Source: Bugula neritina (Eukaryota > Animalia > Bryozoa). From it: a stretch of DNA of 64,000 nucleotides. This document shows, piece by piece, positions 1-13,842 of the stretch. Numbering within the stretch: position 1 is the stretch's first letter; each line of letters begins with the position of its first letter. The notes under the pieces are model-generated. The model ran no database searches, was not told the DNA's origin, and saw only the letters and a program-made list of their open reading frames with translations. A program made the translations under genes and the position numbers. The DNA is taken from NCBI GenBank assembly GCA_964035545.1, contig OZ037769.1:15716633-15780632 (forward strand). The letters run 5' to 3'.

Positions 1-20
1 TTATATCTCAAGTTTTACAG

Positions 21-3113
<3,093 letters not shown>

Positions 3114-3235
3114 ATGGAACCACTATGACTTTCTGTAGCCTTAGCCTGTAGACCTAGAATAAATAGAATTTGTGTGGGTGTTAGCTACATGCACCTAATT
3201 TTTTTTATATAAGGCTAGCAGTGTATGACAGGCAC

Positions 3236-4412
3236 CAGGGTTGGGGTAATTGTAATTTGTAATTGTAATTGGTTGTAATTAATTACATTTTTTCAAGTAA
3301 TTGAATGTAATTTGTAATTGATGTAAAAAAATGTAATTGTAATCGTAATTGTAATTAATTACATTGCTAATGTAATTGAATTTTACAATTACTTTATAAT
3401 TACATGTCAATTACTTCAAACTTCTAAATCTTGAAAAAATCATTCTTTTCCTACCATATCTACTGTTAAATAACAAGTTCAGATTAAGTCAATATAGTAT
3501 AGGGTCATTCCATGCTAACTCACCACATGGCCGGTGCCTTTGTGTCTCAGAAATTGTTCATATTTACACCAAATAGGCCTACATATGTCCTGAGTACTCT
3601 TCTTAAATATTTTTGACCTGACAAGAAAATTTTTTGAAGAATGACTACATTTGTGGACAAAGGTTGGGAAAAACTTTAAGGAAAATTGGTGATTTCTACT
3701 TTTAGAGCAATTTATAAATGTCTATATCTCAATCACTTTTCTAGACTGAGTCTTAAAACTTGCTGTGCGATTTGATAATACCTTTCAACTTGCACTAGTA
3801 GCAACACGGGAAAATTTTTGTAAATTTTGAAAAATTTTTAAATATTCCCCACATCAATTTTTAAGGCTCAGTCTAAAAAAATGGTTGAGATATAGACATT
3901 TATAAGTTGGTCTAAAAGTAGAAATCACAAATTTTCCTCAAAAGTTTTCCCAACCTTTGTCCGCAAATGTAGTAATTTCTCAAAAAGTTTTTGTGTCATG
4001 TCAGAAATATTCACTAATAGTACACCGGACATGTGTAAGTATAAGCAAAATCTGAGAAGCAAAGGCGTGGGACCCCTTAAAATTTGGTTGATTTGACATG
4101 GATTGACCCTATAGTGTCACTATTGGGAACAAAGGAGGTTCACCACTGTCAACATTGCCCCTGGTAGTTGGACCCTAGAAGTGACATTGTTTAACTTCTA
4201 GTTATCCCTTGTGAGAACAAAAGTAATTGTAATTGTAATTAATTACATTACCATGTAATTGTAATTGTAATTAATTACATTACCATGTAATTGTAATTGT
4301 AATTAATTACATTACCTTTTAACTGTAATTATAATTGTAATTGTAATTGACAAATCTTCATGTAATTGTAATTGTAATTAATTACATTTACATGTAATTG
4401 ACCCCAACCCTG
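3236..4412. mobile_element. Non-autonomous hAT-type DNA transposon (MITE-like) with GTAATT subterminal repeats
   Basis: TIR CAGGGTTGGGGT / ACCCCAACCCTG. Exact 8-bp TSD ACAGGCAC at 3228-3235 and 4413-4420. No ORF. Confidence 0.88.
3502..4109. mobile_element. Foldback MITE nested inside the hAT element (GGG termini, TATA flanks; Sola2-like assignment tentative)
   Basis: Termini GGGTCATTCCATG / CATGGATTGACCC. TATA at 3498-3501 and 4110-4113. Long internal inverted repeat ~3644-3758 vs ~3859-3973. Confidence 0.78.
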
Positions 4413-4980
4413 ACAGGCACTACATTAATTTTTTTGACACGGTTTCCATTAAACTGTAATTAATGCAAGCTTACAACCAGGAATAATTTATTGTTTTCGT
4501 GATATTCCAAGGACTTCTAAATTATCAATTAAGTCTGATGGAATTCCAGAGTTGCATACATTTAATAAAGAGAACACAACTCTTGCTATATAACTTGTTT
4601 GTCTCGGTTAATATAATGGGTTGCTTGTTACTACATTATGTTTTTTATGTTGTTTATGGTATATAATAAAATATCATGATTAACTTATCATTGCGATTCA
4701 TACATTTGTCTTGATAAAAAATTATATTGGATATGTTTTTTCAATTTCCATTACAAAAGCTTTACAATACTGTATATAAGTTTTCTGTAAAGAGTCTTCT
4801 TGATTTAAGAATTGCAAATTGCTGCCTGTTTATTAATGCAGGCGTATTTCTACTTACGATATAAGAGCATTATTGTTACGTATTTATTTATTTGGAAAAA
4901 ATTGCCAATTGAAAACCTAGTTTTTTGTTTTTTTATTCATATACTCAGAGTTGTCCTCTTATAACAAGTGGCTCGAAATA

Positions 4981-5027
4981 TCACGTGATCTTTTGCCAAT
5001 AAGTAAAAGCTAGGTAGTTCGCGAGAA
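4981..5027 (+). promoter_or_regulatory. Putative promoter of the hnRNP gene: E-box TCACGTGA, CCAAT box, TTCGCGAGA
   Basis: Motifs clustered 80-125 bp upstream of the ATG at 5105. Confidence 0.5.
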
Positions 5028-5104
5028 AGACGAGTTCTTTTTCCTAAAATTCTAGAAAAGCTATTAAATTTTTGAAACCTAATCTTTTAGTGTAACATAC
5101 TAGA

Positions 5105-7804
5105 ATGGCAGAGGTGAGTTATATAACTGCTTGTTTTTTCCTGTATAAAATACTTCATCGACAAAAATGATACTTCTGCCGCAACATAAAGTTATTAGAC
5201 ATCTGAGATTGAATTTTATGAGTGAGCGAAGTGTCACTCACACTCACTGTGAGTGTCACTGTCAGACTCGGTAGTCATTGTGATACTAATAATCATATCA
5301 CAATCATTGTTAATTGTGAACTTTGACTGATTCAGTATTAGTTTGAACAGTAAGTTAGTCACCGTCAGTAAGCAGCTAAGGTACTGATCACATTGACTCA
5401 GTAAGTGCAACACTTTAATTTTCTGTTAAAGTGAAAATCAAATTGGCTGTATTTCAACATTGGAAATGAAATTTAATTTTATGGACAGTGTCAAGTGTAA
5501 GAGTAAGTTTAGCAGCATAAGTATTGCTATCAATCTATCTAATCTAAAAGTAAAACTAGAAGTATATCTGTGAAACTGAATGTGTTGAAGTTGAACTATC
5601 GGTATGAGTATGAGTATCACTAAATGTAAAATACCATGACTGCCACTGTTATTAGGCGCAACAGCTGCAGTGATAATGGTTATGTTAAGTTGGTAAATAC
5701 TTAGCCTGGTGTTCACAAATTCATTATTTCAATGTATTTGTTATTTTTTTATATTGAATTGTTGTTTTGTATTTTCAAACAGCAATTAACGATTGCTTTA
5801 TCAGTAATTTAATAGTGATCGTGATTTGCAGTGTAAAATTTAAATTTCGTTTGCTCTGTAGTGATGTAAATGAATTGTAGTCCTCTGTCAATGGCCTCTT
5901 ACTTGTTCTATAACCATTTCAGCTTGAACCAGAACACTTGAGAAAGGTATTCATCGGTGGCTTGCCTCCTGCTACCACTGATGACTCCATGAGAGATTAT
6001 TTCTCCAAATATGGAAAAATTGTAGATTGCGTCGTCATGAAAGATAGTCAAACCAGAAGGTAGTCGAATACTCATTCTAGAAAATACCTCTTTAATAAAC
6101 AGTTGTTCCATACAGAATTACTGATGGTTGTTATGCTCACTTAGCAAGGATAAATGGGTGTTTTAGATCAAGAGGTTTTGGCTTTGTCGCGTTTGACCAC
6201 TCCTCTTGCGTTGATGAGTTGCAGAGTGATCGACCACATATACTAGACGGCAAGGAAGTTGACACCAAACGGGTTGTACCAAAGGTACTTAAATCTCAAG
6301 TCTGCGTCTTGCTTTTTCCTGATAGTAGTTGTGTTTCCTTGATGTCTGCGATGATGAAGTTTTTGTGAATATAGAGTGGAGGAGGCGGCGGCGGCGGTGG
6401 AGCCAGAACTGACCGGGAGCAGAAAGTGAACAAAGTCTTCCTGGGAGGTCTGAGAGATGAGATCACAGACGAGGACATCCGACAATTCTTTGGTCAGTTT
6501 GGTATTGTGGAGAAGGTGGAGACGTTCATGGACCGGGAGAGGAACAAGAGAAAGGGATTCGCGTTTATAACCTTCCAGGACTTTGACTCCGTGGACAAGT
6601 GTGTCTGTGAGTGGACAGTTACTTTGTGTCTGACAATCTGATAATTCTATAAAGTTTTGTAGCACCTTTTATTCGTATTCAAAAGAGTGTAAATGTCTCT
6701 GTGTAGTGTGACTATGTGTAGCAACTGTGTACTTGTTGGGTGTAGTGCAAGCGCAAACCACTCCTGATGGGAAACTCAACTTGCAAGGGTTCAAAGTTGA
6801 AGTGAAGAAGGCTAAGAGTCAAGACGAGATGAGAGGATTCAACCGTGGCGGTGGCGGAATGGGCCGCGGAGGAGGTGGTGGTGGTAGAGGAGGGTAGGTG
6901 CTGTTTGCTCTCTGTAAGATGATTGTGTGTACATCATGTGCTGGGATATGTCAGTAAGTATTGTGTATACTATATATATTGCCGGGTTGTAGGTTCAACA
7001 GCCGAGGAGGTGGTGGTGGTTATGGTGACTACGGCAACCAGTATAATCAAGGTGGGGAACTTCACAGTAACTATTCTAAAACAGTTACTCGCCACTCGGA
7101 AGGTTGTATGATTAATAAACTCTCTCCTGTGTATCTTGCCTCACTCCTTGAAGAGTGTCTGGACGGTGACACCGGTTCTCTGTGCTTGTAGGCGGCTACC
7201 AGGGGGGCTACAACAATCAAGGTGGTGGATACAGCAATCAAGGAGGGGGATACAATGGTGGATATAATAATCAAGGGGGTGGACAAGGGGACTATGATGG
7301 GGGTTATAATAACAGTGAGTAGTAGAGTGTATATTCACTTCTGGGTGTTGTATGATACAGTAACTGTAGAGTGTATATTCACTACAGGGTGTTGTATGAT
7401 ACAGTAACTGAAATGTAATTTGTAATGCAATATAAGTCTAGACTACAGACTTGACTATACCATTGATGTGTGCTTACTTGTTAGGTGGCAACTGGGGAGG
7501 ACAGAGCCAAGGATGGGGAAGTGGTGGTGGTGGCGGCGGTGGCTACCAGAACAATGGCTTTGGTGGTGGATATGGCAACAACTCCGGGGGCGGGGGACCC
7601 ATGAGGGGTGGATACAACAAGGGTGGAAACAGGCCTGGCCCCTACAGTGGAGGTGGTGGAGGTAAGTTCTGCTAGTTCAGGAGCAAAATCAGACACTAAA
7701 ATATTAAACAGATTTTAAGTTGGTTGGTTTATACTGATTAACATTACATCTATCTTGCAGCTTGCTAAGTAAGTGTGTGTATTTCAGGTAACTGGAGGAA
7801 CTAA
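5105..7804 (+). CDS. hnRNP A/B (hnRNP A1/Hrp-like) protein with two RRMs and a Gly/Tyr/Asn-rich tail; exons 5105-5113, 5923-6059, 6167-6284, 6375-6606, 6746-6893, 6993-7051, 7192-7314, 7485-7661, 7788-7804
   Basis: RNP2/RNP1 motifs KVFIGGL...RGFGFV and KVFLGGL...[11 protein letters not shown] repeats. C-terminal PY-NLS-like RPGPY. All splice phases are consistent. Confidence 0.93.
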
Positions 7805-9267
7805 TCTTGATTCAGTGACACACCTACGCTCTGTTCTACATGGTAAGTTGTTACTTAACTTACTATTTCAAGTAGTTTGCATACATCTAGTGTATTCATA
7901 TATAATGGTTACATGTTTCAGTTGTTCATGTAGCTGTAGTGAATAAAATGTATGTATATTGCAATTGTTATAGGTACTATCTACATTCGCTCTCTCTCTC
8001 AACTGATATATGTTAGGATAGACCTAGATATCAACTGAGTAGCTGTAAGACTAGTCCCGGTACATAGCTACCGCTAGTACACACTAGTACAGAGGTTGTG
8101 TGCGGTGTAGGATTAGCTAAGGTCTCTCAACAGCGTATGCACAGCTAGTACAACCGTAGACATAGAAGATATTGTATACACAGCCAGGGCTAACCAGCCC
8201 TCTAAACTCTAACCTGTATTAGTGAGGTAGAGAGAAAGTAACTTGTATAGAACGCTATGCAGTAGGTATTGTCGTCTTGTACATACGTAACCAAGTATTC
8301 TAATGATTTCGACTAGCCCTCGTTCCATCCGACCCTTATTATGCCTTCTTTATTTTAATTTCTCTCTTTGTAAATACTCTTGAATACTTTGAAAATGTTC
8401 ATGTTGAATGTTAGTCATAAGCAGTTTTATTTCCTAATGCACTCTTGTATCAGTTCATGCTTGATGTATCTTTACTTCAAATAAAGTAACTTGCTCTTTG
8501 AATTCCTACATTTTATACATTGTATTTTTATGCTAAAAATAATGGATTCTCTTTTTCACACATGAATGTAACTTTATTTCAGAGTTGATAGAACATAAGA
8601 GTTTCTACTAATATCTAAGTTTGTCATAATAAAGATGTTAAATTGATATTCTCATCTCTAGCACCTAGCTAGGTTCTGCTAACCGTCTAGAGACTGCAGT
8701 TGTAACTGGCAGTAGATCTACAGCAGCTGGTAGCCATTAGCCTGAGCAGTGTTTTAAAAGTGTAGGACACACTAGAGTGTTGGCCTATTAAACCACGATT
8801 GTTGGTAGGAAAGAGAATAAGATAGGGAGGTACCTAGTTCGTTAGGAGAGTACCTAGTTCATGTAGTAGTTGCTAGGCAGATTAAGGTGAGCAAGTATCA
8901 TCTCAACTTTTTCCATCTTTAAAAATGTTGCGATTGAGTAAAAGAATTTATATGCATACACGTGCTATTGGACCCAGTATATTGACTGGTGTTATTGCAA
9001 GCATAAACGGTTGGTTCTAAATTGAGAAAATTGGTTGTCTTTCTAAGTTACTTTCTCATTTAAAATTCATTTTTGCCAACTTGATGCAATTATGTTTATG
9101 TTTTCACCTCATTTGGAAAATTTATTATGTCTATTTTGATTATTTAGGTAGATGACCTTGTACTGAATAAGCACTATGACTTTATGAAAATTTTGTATCA
9201 AAGATGGAAGCTTTCTAAAAGGTAGGTTATTGCAAAAGTTAATTTTTGACAGTAGCAAATTGGCGGG

Positions 9268-12200
9268 CTAATCGAGTGAGTAGCGTTTCTTAGAATGATG
9301 ATCGTGCTTGCTCTTGGTGTGTTTATGTTTACTGTGTTTGTGTTTGATTTCACCATCAGTGTGGCGTCGTGATTTATGATTACCAACATTGTCCTGAGAA
9401 TCAGTAGGTCTGTCCTTGTCATGGTTCCCGTGGTGGTGATGTGTGTGATGGTGATGTGCGTGTGCACTTCCTCTGTGCTCATGATGAGAACCACTTTGCT
9501 TGGAGTGTACGCTATGCCGACCTCCACTTTTTGTGTGATGGGGACTGCCTGGTCTTCTTTTGCTATGCTTACTTCTCACACTCGATATCGGTGCCTCCAA
9601 CTTCTTGTGATCTTTGCTTTCTGAGGGCTCGTAATCTGAAATGAAAGAGAATTAAAAGACTTAGACTTTCAAGGATATAACCACTGAACCACAGATAGTA
9701 TTATTGCGTTGTATCCATGGTGTAGGACATATCTACATGTATCAAAGACTCACGTATACTTTTGTTGCTGCTAATTTGATTCACCCAATCAGCTACTCTG
9801 TCAGGCACATGGATTGTAGGAGTTTCAGGTATGTGTTCGTTTTTAGAAGCAACATCCTTTGGCGAATGGGACTCATACATGGGCCTAACAGCTTCATTTG
9901 CTCCTGGTAAAGTATCTTTTTGTTCCACTTGTGGATATTTGTGCGCAGTCAACGAGTTCGCATTAAACGGTCCGCTGTGCATACGTGGCTTGATTGGTAT
10001 GGAATTCACTTTCATCATAGCCAGAGATTTTGTTGTCTGACTATTGAGAGACAGCATGGCATGCTGAGGCTCAAGCCACCAGACATATGGCATCAGGTTC
10101 GCTGGAAGATACTCTTTCATGGTGACTTCATCAAAAGGATATAGCTCTCGTCCCGTTCTTTCTGCGTTTTCAAGTATATCTTTGGCATTGCTCATCAATT
10201 GGCTGTAACTTTGTATCTTTTTTGGCTCGCTTCTGGGATTAATGTTACCTTTAACAACCATATGGAAAGTATTTCCATAGTTGTAGGTGATGTCTTCTAA
10301 TGTCATCAGCTTATAAACATTCTTGTCTCTTCTATGCATCCAGCTGCCATGTTCAACATCGTATGCATACTGTGGCAGCAATTTCCAACCTTCATTTGCT
10401 ACTATATTCACTGCTGACAATATGTACTCCACCTCCTCATCTGGCATGAAGTATGCAAGGTTTAATCGAGTGAACCCCGGTTTCATTATTCCTAGAGAAT
10501 GGGCTTTGGATAGAGCTTTGTCCATTCTCTGAGACTGTCCATCATCCGTGCTTATGATAGTTCCTCTCCTAGCGCTAGCGTCCATAAAGGCCATAATTCC
10601 TGTAAAGAATCGATATACAGATCAGATTTGCCAATCTTTTGCTCATCAATTTACATTAATATTTGATATTGTTACTTTTAGTTTTTATTTACAGTGTATC
10701 TATGTTGGCCATATCTGTTATATATACGCTATATGTATATTTTTATATATAATATAGTCAGACCTAAACCACATTTGCACCTAATAAATTTCTGATTGGT
10801 GATCATAATAGAAACTGGCACCGTTTTCTTTTCTGATAAGCCTGTATTAAATTTACTCAATTGTTGAGTTATTGATGTCTAAAATTTATATAAATTATAG
10901 GTTTTTGTGGAACATAGTTAACATTGAAGTTACTTACCTTCCGCCACTTCGTCAGCTATGCCAAGGAGGTCTTGTGCATAAGGTCCAGCACATGCACAAC
11001 CTCCGCGTGCTTGTATTCCGAATAAATCACTCAGCAGAAGAGCTATAAAGTTATGATGAACCAATTTCTTTGTTGCCGGATGTCTCACAGCAAATGACAA
11101 AATTGGTACGCGTGGTGATGTTTTACTGCCCAGCAAAATAATGTTAGGGTTGCCATGTAGCTGGTTGATACCTTTCCTTGCCAGATATCTCTCTCTTCTC
11201 TCTATATTATCAATTCCTATTGAGGACTTCAACTGAAATACCAAACCGGCTCTAATAGCTTCAATGATGCCAGGTGTACCTCCTTCTTCCCGAGCTTCGA
11301 TCTCTTTAGAGTAACTGTATTTCTTCTTGCTGACAAACAGAACTGTCCCACCACCTGTACCATGAGGTACTTCATTGGTAAATAACCTTTTCTTAGCTAT
11401 AAGAACACCAGGTGAACCAGGACCACCAACAAATTTATGTGGAGAACAGAAAAGTCCATCTTTATAGGCAGATGTGTCTGTTGAGTCTTCAAGTGAAGGG
11501 TTCATATCCATCTGCAGGTATGGGGCTCCGGCAGCATAATCCCAGAATGCCAAGCATCCATATCTGTGCAACAGTTTGGTAACTTCAATAGTGTCCACCA
11601 ACAAACCAGTCACATTGCTGCAGGCGCTAAAAGTTCCAACCTTGAAACATCAAATGCATGTAAAATTTAAATGCACAATTACAAGTTATAAATGCTTTTA
11701 ATTACTAGTTTGCAGTTGAAGACAATTAATTCAACTCTACCTTCATTTTCCATGAACCAGACGAGTGCTCTTCTAAAACAGTTTCCAAATGTTCTAAATT
11801 GACTTGACCCTTTCTGTCTTCTTCTATTCTCACAAGTTTCGCCCCCGTTTCTTTCCATGGTAGAATATTAGAATGATGTTCATAGGGGCCTAGGAACACC
11901 ACTGCAGATTTTCCTACTGAAGCATCACCAAGTCCCAACACACCAATCAGCTTGTGTATAGCTGATGTTGCACCACTTCCACAGAAAATAACGGCATCGT
12001 CTGCATTTGCATTGCAGCATTTCCGGATAATATTTTTCGCATCTTCTCGAAACTGGCTGGTTTGCATAGATGCAAAAGAAGTAGAAGTGTGTGTGTTGCC
12101 ATAGTACCCTAATACATATTTGGATATGTAGTTCTCTATCATATACAAGCTTCTCCCAGATGCTGTGTAATCAGCGTATGTCATTCGTTTATTTCCATAA

Positions 12201-12370
12201 GGACTCTGCACCATAGCATGACTACCGACAAGGTTCTCGTGGACATATTTCATCCCATCGGTAAACCCAGATTTAGATACGCCTTTGCCATTTTTTTCAT
12301 TTTCTTTTTTCTTGCTGTGAATTGTGGGAAAGAGATGAGGCATGCCTGCATACCAAGATTTAATTTTCAC
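9268..12370 (-). CDS. Class-V aminotransferase / cysteine desulfurase-like PLP enzyme with His/Lys/Ser-rich C-terminal tail; exons ~12370-11741, 11640-10938, 10599-9754, 9635-9268; exact start uncertain
   Basis: Motifs YADYTASGR, GNTHT, GSGAT, EHHSN, WDYAA, SPHKF (PLP lysine), EEGGTP, RGGCACAGPY (catalytic Cys region) and KPGFTRLNL. Splice phases are consistent, including the last exon. Confidence 0.88.
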
Positions 12371-12869
12371 TATTTGAAAAATGTTAAAAATTTTATAAAT
12401 TGTTGATTTGCTAACTTTAGAAGCTTTGCTTTAAATTTTATTCTAATTTAAACTGCTAAACATATGGTTACTGTAGCTGTACTGAATGTGTAAAAAAAAT
12501 TAAAGTGTGAATTACCTTGGTTTGCAGGAAAGACTTTACTAACATGTCTGATTTTGAATTAACCAAATTGGCAGTAATTTTTCATCAGAGAAATATGCTG
12601 ACCATTTTCCATTGTTACATACTTTCCTAATTTTAAGTATATATCTATTCACTCATCTTAAAACACGGAAGGTATAGTTTACTCAAAAATTCCCTCTCCA
12701 GCAAAGCAGCTAATATAAAAATATAAACTGAATACCTTAAAGAATTGCTCTATCTTGTCTAATAAATGGCCATTTAGGTCAAACACACATAATATTGTGT
12801 TTTTCTAAGCATGCATTGACAAAAAGCATTTGACCAAAGGTAGAAAAAGTTAGTTGAAGTTGAGGGTGT

Positions 12870-12956
12870 AGATTGGTGACAGCCAAAACGCCGATTTTGA
12901 AATGAGCTGGGAAGTGTGACGTAACAGCGCCAGCATTCCTGCTGGTCACGTGACTA
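12870..12956 (-). promoter_or_regulatory. Putative promoter cluster of the intact desulfurase-like gene (CCAAT, ETS GGAAGT, TGACGTAA, GTCACGTGAC)
   Basis: Four housekeeping-type motifs within ~90 bp upstream of the gene. Confidence 0.5.
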
Positions 12957-13842
12957 TACAAATGAATAACTATACAAATATGACTGCGAGATGTGATCTT
13001 TCAGCTCGTAATTTGTATATTTATAGAAGTGCAAATGTGAATTATCTCAATCTATAGTTTTTTGACATTTTAAATAACATGTATGTGATAGCATTAGGCC
13101 ATATTTTGCTTGTAAACATTAGAAAAAAGCATTGCAAAAACATGCATTCTTTAGGATGAATGCCTGCGATCGATCTAAACTAGGTCAGATTGCGCAATAT
13201 TACGGGCACACCAAAGCTGACCTATATAGCGCACTATAACTGCTTGAGCGTTATTGGTTGATATTGTGCTCAGCAACCTTGAATACTAGCGTTATAGTTA
13301 GCACGTGCAGCATAGTTACTGGCGTTCACACGTCACGTATTAGGCTATTCTTTTTCATGGCTGAAAATTTTACCTCCCTCAAAATTGGAATTTTGAAAAG
13401 CTGTTTTCTAGGCACATATCCCTTTGCAAAGTCACAATTGTTTGCATACACATTAGATTATAGTTCATAATTATAATATGATTGTAATAAACTAAGATTG
13501 AACAATCCTTTAATGGCCTAAATATAGCATATATCTTAATTTTCGTGAACGATCAAGTTTGGTATGAATTGTAAACCTTGTGTCTATAGTTGTTTATTAT
13601 GAAAAGTATATTTTACAAAATGATTCCCCAGTGACTTTGATTAGGTTTTTCTATCTGTACACAGTGACTAAGTCTTTTGGTATTATACGGTGGAGCATTT
13701 GGCTTGAAAAATTTCATCATTGTTGCATTAGGGTTACTGTGAGGTTGTGTCATCGCTGAAAAGACTACTAGTTTGGATTATAGGTGAGTAGTTTATGATG
13801 TTGAGTGCATGCTCTCTATACCCTTGGACTGTAAGATAGACA

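Noticed and set aside
12516-12545. Candidate first coding exon MLVKSFLQTK for the desulfurase-like gene
   Set aside because: Its phase-0 donor does not fit the phase-1 acceptor at ~12370 and would read TGA. It is probably a 5'-UTR exon, so the start was left uncertain.
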